Source: Bdellovibrionales bacterium (GTDB lineage Bacteria; Bdellovibrionota; Bdellovibrionia; Bdellovibrionales; UBA1609). From it: 64,000 nt of DNA. Of the stretch, positions 38,447 through 48,986 are shown piece after piece. The DNA is taken from the NCBI GenBank assembly GCA_965199825.1, contig OZ241329.1, positions 1,536,001 through 1,600,000 of the forward strand, read 5' to 3'. The notes under the pieces were generated by a model. The model did no database searches. It was not told where the DNA came from and was given only the letters and a program-made list of their open reading frames with translations. Every line of letters begins with the position of its first letter. Position 1 is the first letter of the stretch. The position numbers and the translations under genes are program-made.

Positions 38447-39259
38447 ATGGATTCGTCAGACGATTTTGAATTTAAGCCTTTGACCGAAGGTTTGGGTTTT
38501 CACAAAAAGACCGCCAAGCTTTCTACCGAAACAAAACCACAAACTCAGCCCAATGTTCAAACTCTTGAGCAACTTCTCAAAACTCTTGAAAAGCCGGTCT
38601 CTTCCTCAAACGTGCAGATGACTCAACCTTTGCCGCGCAATGAACAAAAAGCATTTGGCTTGCCCGATCTGGATCTCGATGCGGTGGCTCCAACAAAGTC
38701 CGCCAGAGGAAGCTTTGATATTCCTCAGCCCGGCTCTGAGGTTCATCCCTCTTATAAAAAGAAGGCCACAGCTGAAGCCCCCGCTCTCAAACGAAGTGCG
38801 CCGAACTCTCCGCCCCCACGTCTTTCGCCTGCGACCACAAGTGTTCAAGCTTCAATTTTAGATGCGATCGTGATCAGTGCGGTGACTTTACTCTTTTTGG
38901 TCAGCCTTATTCTTGTGACAAAAATTGATGTGCTCTCGGTGATTGGTTCTGCCAAGACCGATTTGACCACACAGCTCAGTATGGTGCTGTTGTTTGTGGC
39001 GGTGATGCAGATGTATGTGGTGGTCTCACGAAGTTTTTTTGGACGCACTCTTGGCGAATGGACTTTTGAATATCAGTTGGGTCAAGACGGAGATCATCAA
39101 AAATCCCTTTATCCTTTAAAGGTGATGGCGCGAAGTCTACTGATTTTGTTTACAGGATTTTTGGTATTTCCAATTTTATCTTGGATCATGGGTCGCGATC
39201 TCGCTGGCGAAATCACTGGGGTAAAACTGTATCAACAAAAGCTCGAGCCCCTTGTCTAA
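38447..39259 (+). CDS. RDD-family membrane protein with disordered N-terminus
   Basis: [12 protein letters not shown]-terminus; three TMs with A.ILD and GRTLG; AGGAGG RBS before ATG 38447. Confidence 0.7.
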   Translation: MDSSDDFEFKPLTEGLGFHKKTAKLSTETKPQTQPNVQTLEQLLKTLEKPVSSSNVQMTQPLPRNEQKAFGLPDLDLDAVAPTKSARGSFDIPQPGSEVHPSYKKKATAEAPALKRSAPNSPPPRLSPATTSVQASILDAIVISAVTLLFLVSLILVTKIDVLSVIGSAKTDLTTQLSMVLLFVAVMQMYVVVSRSFFGRTLGEWTFEYQLGQDGDHQKSLYPLKVMARSLLILFTGFLVFPILSWIMGRDLAGEITGVKLYQQKLEPLV

Positions 39260-39719
39260 AATTATTTTGGATGGCCTTGATCAGGCCATCGCAAAAATTC
39301 GTGCAAACAAAAAAATAGTTTTTACTAATGGCTGTTTTGATCTGCTGCATGTGGGACACATTCGCTATCTTCAAGAAGCTCGAGGCCTTGGAGATATCCT
39401 TGTGGTCGGACTCAATAGCGACTCGAGTGTGCGGAAGCTAAAAGGTTTATCGCGGCCAGTTCAAACCGAAGCGGATCGCGCAGAAATTCTATCTGCGCTG
39501 GCCTGTGTGGACTACGTCACCATTTTTACCGAAGAAACCCCTTTGAATTTGATCACAAAACTAATGCCCGATGTTTTAGTCAAAGGCGGAGATTGGCCCA
39601 TCGAAAAAATCGTGGGCAGTGATCTGGTATTGTCTCGGGGAGGGCACGTTGAGTCTCTTCAGTTTCATAAGGGAAGATCAACATCCTCACTGATTGAGAA
39701 GATTTTAAAGACGACTTAA
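39252..39719 (+). CDS. rfaE2: D-glycero-beta-D-manno-heptose 1-phosphate adenylyltransferase
   Basis: [41 protein letters not shown]. Confidence 0.93.
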   Translation: MSKIILDGLDQAIAKIRANKKIVFTNGCFDLLHVGHIRYLQEARGLGDILVVGLNSDSSVRKLKGLSRPVQTEADRAEILSALACVDYVTIFTEETPLNLITKLMPDVLVKGGDWPIEKIVGSDLVLSRGGHVESLQFHKGRSTSSLIEKILKTT

Positions 39720-39772
39720 GGTTGTTTGTGAGTTTTTTAGGGCGTGTTACAGGTTTCTTGAGAGCCTCATGT

Positions 39773-39848
39773 GGGCACGACTTGTTTGAGTGGGCACGAC
39801 TTGTTTGAGCGGGCACGACTTGTTTGAGCGGGCACGACTTGTTTGAGC
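39773..39848 (+). repeat. Tandem array, 4 copies of 19-bp GGGCACGACTTGTTTGAG(T/C)
   Basis: Units at 39773, 39792, 39811 and 39830, then a degenerate GAGCAC. Confidence 0.95.
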
Positions 39849-40077
39849 GAGCACCTCGATATCTCCGGCGGTGTTAAAATTAAGGTTAATTTTAAATCAG
39901 CGGGCACGATCAGACAGTATAATTAATTAAGAAATTTCCTGACACCTTGGCGGTGTCGTTCATTCAAGCGGGCACGAAAAAGACTTATCATTGGACGAAT
40001 TTATTTTCGGCGGCCTTAAATTGGAAACACGAAACAATTCAATCAATAAAGTTCTGAACACCTTCGGAGGTTTAGCT

Positions 40078-40485
40078 GCGGGCACGATCTTTTAGCGGGC
40101 ACGATCTTTTAGCGGGCACGATCTTTTAGCGGGCACGATCTTCTAGCGGGCACGATCTTCTAGCGGGCACGATCTTCTAGCGGGCACGATCTTCTAGCGG
40201 GCACGATCTTTTAGCGGGCACGATCTTTTAGCGGGCACGATCTGCAAGCGGGCACGATCTGCAAGCGGGCACGATCTGCAAGCGGGCACGATCTGCAAGC
40301 GGGCACGATCTGCAAGCGGGCACGATCTGCAAGCGGGCACGATCTGCAAGCGGGCACGATCTGCAAGCGGGCACGATCTGCAAGCGGGCACGATCTGCAA
40401 GCGGGCACGATCTGCAAGCGGGCACGATCTGCAAGCGGGCACGATCTGCAAGCGGGCACGATCTGCAAGCGGGCACGATCTGCAA
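40078..40485 (+). repeat. Tandem array, 24 copies of 17-bp GCGGGCACGATC-N5
   Basis: N5 order: 3xTTTTA, 4xTTCTA, 2xTTTTA, 15xTGCAA; followed by GTACCTTCGTTC at 40486-40497. Confidence 0.97.
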
Positions 40486-40680
40486 GTACCTTCGTTCGCA
40501 CTTCATCCCGGTCGGCTAATATGGTTTAACCTTTTAAAATCGACCTAAAAAATGCGACTTTAATTTGGCTTGCGGCGGAAAAGTCCAATTCTTACAATTT
40601 CATAAAGGCAATCACCGCTGGCTCAAAAGATTCTTGAGATCCCATAGAGCCTTGGAGTTCGTTTTGCAGTGTTTGCTCCA

Positions 40681-41211
40681 ATGCGAATTTTTTTTCTTAC
40701 TTCATTCCTATTCACCGCTTGCGCCTGGGGAGATCCCTTTGCTGCAGGCCAAACTCTGAAGCGAGAACCTGTCTCTCAACTTGAAGAGATTGACGGAGTT
40801 TGGAACGAAATGGGGATCGCTTGCGTAAATATAACCACTGGAAAAATATTAAAGTTTGTCGATACGCGGGGGCCGTCGAATAAATTCACGGTGGACACGC
40901 AGTCCCACCAATTTTTCGAAAGCCGAAGTACGACAGGATGGGAAGACAACCAACGAACCACACCCTTCACAGGTAACGGAATTTTTGAGGTTCACAATTC
41001 AAAAATCGCAATCCTTTATCTGACCCCTTGGTGTGCCTTGCCCAATCCCGCAATGTGCGGACAGTATTATGAGAAAAAGCCGATCGAACTTTTTTGGATC
41101 AATCGAGAGTGGCTTGGCCTTCAAAAGCAAAAGGGTCTGCCTTATTTTCGGTGTAATCAGTTTCCTGATGCTGGTGCTTTAATTTTATACTCAAGAAATC
41201 AGGTCAGCTAA
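40681..41211 (+). CDS. Hypothetical secreted protein
   Basis: ORF with signal-like MRIFFLTSFLFTACAWG. Confidence 0.6.
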   Translation: MRIFFLTSFLFTACAWGDPFAAGQTLKREPVSQLEEIDGVWNEMGIACVNITTGKILKFVDTRGPSNKFTVDTQSHQFFESRSTTGWEDNQRTTPFTGNGIFEVHNSKIAILYLTPWCALPNPAMCGQYYEKKPIELFWINREWLGLQKQKGLPYFRCNQFPDAGALILYSRNQVS

Positions 41212-41909
41212 AAACGAACGCCCGCCTTCGCGCTATAAACAAAATCATGATAGCGATCGACCTCACCCGCGATAAAATAAATATCGTGATGATAGGTTAA
41301 ACCAAGAACCGAATGAATGGTTGAGGCATGCTCATGAAGGGTATTGCTGTTTGGGTCCACAAGACTTGGATCAACAACGCCATCGCCAGAATTTCCGCCG
41401 GTAAAATTCGCATCAGCCGTGAGATATCCTGCGCCCAAAAAAATTGATAAATCCTCGACATTGATTCCAGCAACCATTTGAAATCCATAACTCTGGGTCG
41501 AAAAAGAATCTTTGATTCCGATCTGATCGGCGTGGGCAATCAGACTCAAGTTGATCGGCAATAATTCGGATTGGAAAAACGACCAACGAAACAATGCGCC
41601 AAATTCAGAGATCCGCGATTTGCCGATAGGTGGAACAAAATGAATAAACGAATCGATATTCTCGAATAGCCCTTTGCCTAAACTGAGTGAGGGAAATTGC
41701 AGGTCCTGTTGGGCAAGGGGTCCAAGACTAATCGATTCAAACGCAAGGCCCACCTCAACACCCGAAAATCCGCCAAGGGGTAAAGGATTACTCAAAATTT
41801 TTGTGCTGGTATTAAACCCGAGCAGATGAACAACGGTTGATCGCTGATCTGCGTTTAGGTTTTTAGGAATATCAAAAGCAAAAGCTTGAAGGACAAACAA
41901 AATCCACAT
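41208..41909 (-). CDS. Putative outer-membrane beta-barrel protein
   Basis: Signal peptide, alternating beta strands, C-terminal YSAKAGVRF. Confidence 0.6.
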   Translation of the reverse strand: MWILFVLQAFAFDIPKNLNADQRSTVVHLLGFNTSTKILSNPLPLGGFSGVEVGLAFESISLGPLAQQDLQFPSLSLGKGLFENIDSFIHFVPPIGKSRISEFGALFRWSFFQSELLPINLSLIAHADQIGIKDSFSTQSYGFQMVAGINVEDLSIFLGAGYLTADANFTGGNSGDGVVDPSLVDPNSNTLHEHASTIHSVLGLTYHHDIYFIAGEVDRYHDFVYSAKAGVRF

Positions 41910-41934
41910 GCACCAAAGTGTACATGTAAAACTA

Positions 41935-42978
41935 TTAAGCCTTCAACACTAAGAGCACCGCTTGCAGGGCGGTTTGTGCGGATGTTGCAACCGCGGTTGT
42001 GCCGGTGCTGAGTCGTGTGAGCAAATCTTTAAAGGGAACAAAGCTTGAGGTGTTTACGGTCGTTGGTGTTTGCCCACTGGTCTGAGTATTTGTACCGGCT
42101 TGAGTTGCCAATTTTCCAACCAATGTGATTGCTTGAATATCGCCTTCAACAGGGCCGCCTGTTCTTAAGACGGTCTCTAAAATTTTAAGATTCCCCATGG
42201 TTTGATATTTGGCAATTTGGGCTTGGGCTGCAGTGGCCACTGGTCCTGCTTGTTTTAGAGCACCTGCCAAAAGATTAAAACTTTGTACAGATTGGATTCC
42301 ACCGAGTGTGGTTACCGCAAGTGTTTGCATCTCTTGACGTGAGTCGGTGAGCATACTTTGGAGGAGTTTGTAAAACACCGCAGATGTGACGCTTCCTGCT
42401 TTGTAGGCTTTCAAAAAAGCAGCGGCGGCAGCGGCGTCGGGTTGATTCAACAATCGACGTTCCCACTCAGAGGCTTGATTGGCAGTTTGGTTATAACTTG
42501 TGGTGCCCGCACTGGTTGGAGCCGCAGCAGGTGGATTTGTTTTAGCCGAAGGATTATTTGAACCCGCTTGGCCCGGAGGTTGTTGCGGATTGATTTTTGG
42601 CAGCTCATGAGTGGGCATTGGAAGTTGAGGAGCTGGAAGAGCCACTGAAGCATCTTTTTTCTTTTTCTTCTTCTTTTTCTTTTCATCCTTTTTCTTGTCG
42701 TCGGCTTTGGCAGGCATCACTAAGCCACGCTCACCCACGGGATGCGAAAAGGTATTGGATTCGGGATAATGAAAGGATTGATCTTCGTCTTCTTCGGTAT
42801 CGAGTTCTTCGGTATCATCGGCGGGGCGAACATAGGGAGTTTCGTCAATGTTGAGGGCACCCTTAAGCTGAGCATCTTGGGTCACGCCCAAAGAACCTCT
42901 TTTTTTGCTCAAGTTCAAGAAACCGCCAAAGGCGAGGATGATCAAAAGAATATAAAAATGATGTTTTTTGAATTCCAT
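41935..42978 (-). CDS. Hypothetical membrane-anchored protein (acidic, poly-Lys and Pro-rich linker, HEAT-like helical C-terminus)
   Basis: 347-aa ORF; N-terminal TM; DKKKDEKKKKKKKKKD tract. Confidence 0.65.
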   Translation of the reverse strand: MEFKKHHFYILLIILAFGGFLNLSKKRGSLGVTQDAQLKGALNIDETPYVRPADDTEELDTEEDEDQSFHYPESNTFSHPVGERGLVMPAKADDKKKDEKKKKKKKKKDASVALPAPQLPMPTHELPKINPQQPPGQAGSNNPSAKTNPPAAAPTSAGTTSYNQTANQASEWERRLLNQPDAAAAAAFLKAYKAGSVTSAVFYKLLQSMLTDSRQEMQTLAVTTLGGIQSVQSFNLLAGALKQAGPVATAAQAQIAKYQTMGNLKILETVLRTGGPVEGDIQAITLVGKLATQAGTNTQTSGQTPTTVNTSSFVPFKDLLTRLSTGTTAVATSAQTALQAVLLVLKA

Positions 42979-43058
42979 ACTGTTTTACTATTCGAGAAGA
43001 GTGCCGAGCTTAAACCCTCGAAATGTTTAGCTTCTGTTGGGCTTAAGCCGTTTAAGAG

Positions 43059-43988
43059 ATGACAAAAGTTTCGACAACCGCCAAAGGCCTTAAAAATAAC
43101 CATAGGTTTCAAGGACTTAATGTGATCAACACCTCCGTGCCTCAAAGTGACCAATTTGGCTCATTGTTAATCGAGGCTCAAACCCAACCCAAAGCCTTTG
43201 CCCGCTTTTTAACCCTTGTGGAGCGTTTGGGTGTTGAGGCTTATCGGGATCAGTCTTTTTTGTCGGCCCCACGCCGAGCCATCCGACTTGGGATTACGGG
43301 CCCCCCGGGGGCGGGCAAATCCACCTTAGTCGATAAACTTTTAAGAGAATTTAAAAGCATTTATAAAAAAATAGGAGTGATCGCGGTTGATCCCTCCTCG
43401 CCCTTTTCAAAAGGGGCCATCCTTGGTGATCGCATTCGTTATAGCGATCATTTTTTAGATCCACAGATCTTTATTCGCTCGGTGGGCAGTCGCGGAAGTT
43501 TGGGCGGAATTTCTGGAGCGGTTCATCTGATGCTGCGGGCATTTGATGCATGTGATTTTGATGTGGTGTTGATCGAGACCGTGGGAGTAGGCCAAACCGA
43601 ACTCGATATTCTTTATGTGGCAGATCAGATTTGTGTGGTGCTGGTGCCCGAATCTGGCGATTCAATTCAAGCGATGAAGGCCGGCCTCTTAGAAATTGCC
43701 GATGCATTTATCGTCAACAAAGCGGATCGACCGGGTGCCGATAGTCTGGTTAAAGAACTTCATGGCGCGAACGAAGGTAAACCCATCTTTAAAACCATCG
43801 CAACCCAAGGTAGAAATTTAGAGGAACTCATCCAATTTTTTGCAACCGCACAAATCAAACCTCAAAACTTGCGTGAAGAAGCAAAGGCCTTATTGCGAAT
43901 TCGGTTTGAAGACGAGCTCGAACAAAAGGTTTCTGCGATGCAGTCGCCGGCCGATTTTCAAAAAATTATTTTGGATTTAAAGCCGTAG
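43059..43988 (+). CDS. meaB: Methylmalonyl-CoA mutase-associated GTPase MeaB/ArgK
   Basis: GITGPPGAGKST, AVDPSSPFS.GAILGDRIR, IETVGVGQ, GDSIQAMKAG, NKAD; true start may be slightly downstream. Confidence 0.93.
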   Translation: MTKVSTTAKGLKNNHRFQGLNVINTSVPQSDQFGSLLIEAQTQPKAFARFLTLVERLGVEAYRDQSFLSAPRRAIRLGITGPPGAGKSTLVDKLLREFKSIYKKIGVIAVDPSSPFSKGAILGDRIRYSDHFLDPQIFIRSVGSRGSLGGISGAVHLMLRAFDACDFDVVLIETVGVGQTELDILYVADQICVVLVPESGDSIQAMKAGLLEIADAFIVNKADRPGADSLVKELHGANEGKPIFKTIATQGRNLEELIQFFATAQIKPQNLREEAKALLRIRFEDELEQKVSAMQSPADFQKIILDLKP

Positions 43989-44985
43989 TACAGGCATCCG
44001 AAAAATTCCATTTAACACCACGGCCTTCCTCAACAGTCTGCTCAATCAAGCCTGGGTATTTATTTTCTACGAACCGCAATGTGTCTTCAAAAACTGCAGG
44101 CAATCGCCAATTTTGGACAGTACGGTAATACTCAACCGAGTGGACAATTGGTTTTAGTTTTTTATCACCTAAGATTTTAAGCAAGGCGGCATACCGTTCG
44201 TAATGAAGATAAAAGCCGCGTAAAGTTTTGTTATTCGGCATCAGTTCGGACTCATTAAAAATCGCATTAACGTTACTGTAATAAAATAAAGTTTGACGAT
44301 AGTTTTGGATTTCGGCCTCTGAGGCCCGAACAAAAAAATTGTCAGATTTGGCCGAAGACGAATATTTATAGCCCATTGCCGCAAGAACCAAATAAAGATC
44401 CAACTTCAAAGCAGGATCATTGAGGTCTCCAAACCGACCAAATCCCAAGGATTCAAAACGCTCGACAATGGATTGGTTGATCAAACTCAACTCGAGAAGA
44501 TAGCCAAAAGCCATATGGGATTTTTTGGCATAGGTAACTGCGGAGTTTGCATCCACATTTAAATCATTTGTATTTGAAATAAAAATACCCTCGGGCCGAG
44601 GCGTCAGAGTGATCGATCCTGATAAAGATCTAAATTTGATCGCATACAAATTGTAACGCCCAAAAAATGGCTTGAGCGTAGGGTGAATACTTAAATAATT
44701 TAAAAAATAATCAAGCGCTGTGATGGACTGAAATTCAAGCTGATAAAGTTGATAAACTGAAAATGTGTAGTCATTGTATTCATCATGTTGTTTGAGCCAA
44801 TCTTTTCTTTGAATCAAGCTTGATCGCAGCAGTGTGGCGCCGTTGCGACAAAGTCCAATGCTCAATTCTTCTTCCGAAATTTTATGATCACTAAATTGAT
44901 CGAATAGATCAAAAACCGCCTGGGTCTTTTGACCTTGAGAGGCAAATATTTGAAACGCAAATAACAAAGATAAGATTGTCACCAT
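43966..44985 (-). CDS. Hypothetical secreted protein
   Basis: 339-aa ORF with signal peptide. Confidence 0.6.
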   Translation of the reverse strand: MVTILSLLFAFQIFASQGQKTQAVFDLFDQFSDHKISEEELSIGLCRNGATLLRSSLIQRKDWLKQHDEYNDYTFSVYQLYQLEFQSITALDYFLNYLSIHPTLKPFFGRYNLYAIKFRSLSGSITLTPRPEGIFISNTNDLNVDANSAVTYAKKSHMAFGYLLELSLINQSIVERFESLGFGRFGDLNDPALKLDLYLVLAAMGYKYSSSAKSDNFFVRASEAEIQNYRQTLFYYSNVNAIFNESELMPNNKTLRGFYLHYERYAALLKILGDKKLKPIVHSVEYYRTVQNWRLPAVFEDTLRFVENKYPGLIEQTVEEGRGVKWNFSDACTTALNPK

Positions 44986-45035
44986 TTGAGCGCATGGTCT
45001 AAAGCGCTAACGTAAAGGTGGCAAGCGCCATCGAA

Positions 45036-45716
45036 TTAATTTTTTTTATAAAGAAGAAATGTAACTGATGACACAACCATCATTGCACTTAAAATCGAGG
45101 AGATGCTTAAAATTCCAAGTGAAGGCCCACGTGGATCGTCGCGAAAAAACTCAATGATAAAGCGACCTAAACCATGAAAGCCAAGCCAAATCATAAACTG
45201 ATTGCGTTTACTTTTAAGTAAAAAACCTGCCAAAATTAATTCGTAAGCCACCATGTAAAGTTGGGTGGGGTGTCGAAAGGTGCCCCAGGGAAATTCGCAG
45301 ATTTTTCCATAACAACATCCGTTGAGAAAGCAGGCGATGCGGCCAAGTCCGTAAGCGATCGCAATTGTGGGAGCAAAAAAATTGGCCCATTTTAAAAAGG
45401 GCTCGCCCTGGATTTTGCACCACAGGGCTGCACCAAGTAAGCCGCCGAGCACTCCGCCATACCAAACAAAGCCGCCCTGCCAAATGGCAAAGATCTGGCC
45501 AGGATGTTTAAAATAAAAATCAAAATCTTCATATAAAATATGAAAGAGGCGGGCACCAACAAAGCCGGTGATAAACACCGCCAGCAACAAATCTAGAGCC
45601 CTTTGATCCTCTGCTCTTTTTGCAGTCCAAAACACAACACCACAACTCACCAAACTTAAAACTAAAATATAGCTTGAGATGGTGAGATCAAATGGCAGAT
45701 GAACAAGGGGATACAT
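45036..45716 (-). CDS. lgt: Prolipoprotein diacylglyceryl transferase
   Basis: GARLFH, WQGGFVWYGG, GRIACFLNGCCYG, HPTQLY, RFIIEFFR. Confidence 0.93.
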   Translation of the reverse strand: MYPLVHLPFDLTISSYILVLSLVSCGVVFWTAKRAEDQRALDLLLAVFITGFVGARLFHILYEDFDFYFKHPGQIFAIWQGGFVWYGGVLGGLLGAALWCKIQGEPFLKWANFFAPTIAIAYGLGRIACFLNGCCYGKICEFPWGTFRHPTQLYMVAYELILAGFLLKSKRNQFMIWLGFHGLGRFIIEFFRDDPRGPSLGILSISSILSAMMVVSSVTFLLYKKN

Positions 45717-45717
45717 T

Positions 45718-46227
45718 CTATGATTTGGCCAGCTTGCGCTCGTCGTAGGATTGTTTGAGCATTAACATCACCAAAATTCCTACACCCACCACGATGCACG
45801 AGTCGGCAATATTAAATGAAGGGTAGGTGTAAAAATCTTTGTAATGCACCTCAATAAAATCGATCACATATCCAAAGCGGATACGGTCGATGTAATTGCC
45901 GATGGCTCCGCCAAAAATCAGTGAGAGCGCCACCACTTGTACGCGGTCGCTTGACGGAACACCACGCAGAATACTTAAGATAAAAAGCAGCGCAATCGGC
46001 GGCATTGAAAGAAAAAACACGCTTCTAAAACTTTCGTGCCAGTCGCGCATAATTCCCCAGGCCGCACCGGTGTTGCGCACGTAAGTGATGTTAAACAAGT
46101 CTTGTATGACCACCATCACTTCGCCCAATTGAAAGTGAGAGTGAATATAAATTTTTATCAGTTGATCAATCACAATGGACACAATGCTGATCACCACAAG
46201 ATACAAATATTTGGACTCAATTTTCAT
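45718..46227 (-). CDS. lspA: Lipoprotein signal peptidase II
   Basis: DQLIK, NTGAAWG, GAIGNYIDR, VIDF, FNIAD; follows ileS. Confidence 0.95.
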   Translation of the reverse strand: MKIESKYLYLVVISIVSIVIDQLIKIYIHSHFQLGEVMVVIQDLFNITYVRNTGAAWGIMRDWHESFRSVFFLSMPPIALLFILSILRGVPSSDRVQVVALSLIFGGAIGNYIDRIRFGYVIDFIEVHYKDFYTYPSFNIADSCIVVGVGILVMLMLKQSYDERKLAKS

Positions 46228-48986
46228 GTCAAAGCCTCAACACATTTAGGGCAAACTTCGGGGAACGTTTGATTCTGACCTGTTTGTTCATCATAAGTCC
46301 AGCAGCGAACACATTTTTGGCCCTTCGCTTTTTGAACTTCGATTTTTAATTCATTTGCGCTTGCGAGTTGAAGTTGTGAAACAATAAAAAATTCGAGCAT
46401 TTCATTTTTGTATTTTTCAAAAATGGAATAAAGCGCAGCCGGCGCATGGATCACAACCGCAGCATCGAGATTGGCCCCGATTTCACCCGTTTTACGAAGG
46501 GCCTCGAGTTTTTTTGAAACCTCGGAGCGCAGTTTTAATAATTCCGAAAAATCCTCTTTGATTTTTGGATCAAGCCATTGTTTTTGACCTTTGGGAAAAT
46601 CCATCAACAAAACACTTTCAGGTTTAGGTCCAGGAATGTGTTCAAAAGTTTCTTCGGCCAAAAATGTCAGGATGGGCGCCATGCTGGTTGTCAGTTGAAT
46701 CAGCATTTCGTAAATCACGGTTTGGGCCGAGCGTCTGGCCACACCGGTTTTTTTCCAAGTGTAAAGACGATCTTTGATCGCATCAAGATAGGTTGCCGAC
46801 AAATCGACGGTAAAAAAATTATTGAGCGCGTGATACACTTTGTAAAAATCAAATGAATCATAAGCTTTGTTGAGATCATGAATGAGTTCTTGCAATCGAT
46901 TGAGCGCAAATCGATCAAGGGCGCGCATATCTTTGAGTTCGACTTTATCTTTTGTTGGATCAAAATCACCTAAGTTTCCAAGCATAAAACGAATGGTGTT
47001 ACGAAAGCGCCGATAGGTTTCGGTGATGCGTTGAAACATCTCATCCCCCACCGTCACATCTTGACCGTAATCTTCGTAAGCCACCCAAAGTCGCAAAATT
47101 TCTGCGCCACTTTTTTTGATCACATCTGCGGGATCGACCACGTTGCCAACACTTTTACTCATCTTAAATCCCTTGGCATCGTTCACAAATCCGTGAGTCA
47201 CCAAACCTTTAAATGGAGGAATACCTTCGGACGCAATCGAGGAGAGCAAACTGGTTTGAAACCAGCCTCGATGTTGATCGGAACCTTCAAGATAAATATC
47301 GCTCGGATAGGTCATGCCCTTGCGCCGGCGCTGCACAGCCTTGTGACATGTGCCGCTGTCAAACCACACATCCATAATGTCTCGTCCCTTTTTAAATTTC
47401 GAACTTTGACATTTTTCGCAGGCCTCACCTTGAGTGAACTCTTCAACCGGAGTGGAGTGGTAAGCCTCAAGACCAAGTTTTGTGGTCTCCATCACATCGG
47501 CCACTCGATTCATCACGCTCGGTTTGGCGAGGGGATGCCCGCAATCTTCACAATAAAAAACAGGAATCGGAACTCCCCACGTGCGCTGACGACTCAGACA
47601 CCAGTCGGGAGCATTGGTGAGCATCGACACCATTCGATTTTCACCCCACTTGGGAACAAATTTAATTTTGCTCTCACAGGCCTTAAGAGCCATTTCGCGC
47701 AGAGGATAATTTGTGTCATCCATTCGGATAAACCACTGCGGAGTCGATCTAAAGATAAGTGGAGTTTTTGATCGAGGATCGTGAGGATAGCTATGAGTGA
47801 TTTCTTTGACCTGCAGCAAATGGCCAGAGTTTTTTAGTTTATCAATAATGATTTTGTTCGCATCCCAAATTTTGACGCCCTGAAGTTCGGGAAATTCGGC
47901 GGTGAACCGGCCCGCTTCATCGATGGGTGAAAAAACCGGAAGACCGTATTTTTGTCCAACGATATAATCATCCATCCCATGGCCCGGTGCCGTGTGCACC
48001 ACGCCGGAGGCTTCGTTTAAAACATGATCACCAAAAATAATCATCGATCCACGATCGATAAAAGGATGTTTTAAAAATTTGCGCTCAAGAATTTGCGGTT
48101 TTACTCGTTTGACTTCGGTGAGAGTCAAACCGGTTTCTTTTTCGATATTTTCTTTTAATTCGGCAGCAAAAAATAAATATTCATCACCACTATCAAACAC
48201 ACCATATTCAAAATCGGGATGGAGCGTGACTCCGTAATTGGCAGGAAGTGTCCAAGGTGTGGTGGTCCAAATCACAAAGGCCAGGGGTTTATCTGAAATT
48301 CCCAATGGCGAAGTGTCTTCTAAATAAAATTTAACAAAAATCGAAGGACTTTTGTGGTCATGGTATTCAACCTCGGCCGCCGCAAGTGCGGTTTGGAGTG
48401 CTGGGCTCCAGTACACCGGTTTTTCGCCGCGATAAAAAATTCCGTTTTCGGTAATGCGACTAAGAACTCGCACTTCATCGGCCTCATACTCTGGCGCCAT
48501 TGTAATATAGGGATGATCCCAATCGCCCAAAATTCCGAGTCGTTGAAATTGCTTTCGTTGTTCATCAATCCAAAGATTGGCTTCGGCGCGACACAAATCT
48601 CTGAGCTCTCGATCAGAAAGTTGTTTTCTTTTGTCACCAAGACGTTTTGTCACTTTAAGTTCGATTGGTAAACCGTGACAGTCCCAGCCCGGAATATAAG
48701 GAGAATGAAAGCCGTTCATATTTTTAAATTTGATTACGATATCTTTAAGAACTTTATTGAGCACATGGCCCACATGAATGTCGCCATTGGCATAAGGCGG
48801 TCCATCCACCATCACAAACGAAGTTTTACCTTCGTTTTTGTCGACCATTTTTTGATATGTGTTTTTAGTTTTCCAATCTGCAATTCGTAGAGGTTCGGTC
48901 TCGGTGAGATTTCCCTTCATCGAGAATTTTGTTTGCGGCAGATTGAGTGTGTCTTTGTAGTTTACTGGCACGGATGGTCCTTTCAC
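46224..48986 (-). CDS. ileS: Isoleucine--tRNA ligase (type 1)
   Basis: DGPPYANG.IHVGH, PGWDCHGLPIE, WTTTPWT, EGSDQHRGWF, KMSKS, C-terminal CVRCW...CPKC. Confidence 0.98.
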   Translation of the reverse strand: MKGPSVPVNYKDTLNLPQTKFSMKGNLTETEPLRIADWKTKNTYQKMVDKNEGKTSFVMVDGPPYANGDIHVGHVLNKVLKDIVIKFKNMNGFHSPYIPGWDCHGLPIELKVTKRLGDKRKQLSDRELRDLCRAEANLWIDEQRKQFQRLGILGDWDHPYITMAPEYEADEVRVLSRITENGIFYRGEKPVYWSPALQTALAAAEVEYHDHKSPSIFVKFYLEDTSPLGISDKPLAFVIWTTTPWTLPANYGVTLHPDFEYGVFDSGDEYLFFAAELKENIEKETGLTLTEVKRVKPQILERKFLKHPFIDRGSMIIFGDHVLNEASGVVHTAPGHGMDDYIVGQKYGLPVFSPIDEAGRFTAEFPELQGVKIWDANKIIIDKLKNSGHLLQVKEITHSYPHDPRSKTPLIFRSTPQWFIRMDDTNYPLREMALKACESKIKFVPKWGENRMVSMLTNAPDWCLSRQRTWGVPIPVFYCEDCGHPLAKPSVMNRVADVMETTKLGLEAYHSTPVEEFTQGEACEKCQSSKFKKGRDIMDVWFDSGTCHKAVQRRRKGMTYPSDIYLEGSDQHRGWFQTSLLSSIASEGIPPFKGLVTHGFVNDAKGFKMSKSVGNVVDPADVIKKSGAEILRLWVAYEDYGQDVTVGDEMFQRITETYRRFRNTIRFMLGNLGDFDPTKDKVELKDMRALDRFALNRLQELIHDLNKAYDSFDFYKVYHALNNFFTVDLSATYLDAIKDRLYTWKKTGVARRSAQTVIYEMLIQLTTSMAPILTFLAEETFEHIPGPKPESVLLMDFPKGQKQWLDPKIKEDFSELLKLRSEVSKKLEALRKTGEIGANLDAAVVIHAPAALYSIFEKYKNEMLEFFIVSQLQLASANELKIEVQKAKGQKCVRCWTYDEQTGQNQTFPEVCPKCVEALT

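Noticed and set aside
40194..40506. Three minus-strand ORFs with repeating LQIVPACRSCPLADRAR
   Set aside because: Same artefact from the 17-bp array
47031..47771. 246-aa antisense ORF inside ileS, and similar shadow ORFs elsewhere
   Set aside because: Fully antisense to conserved genes with no recognisable motifs
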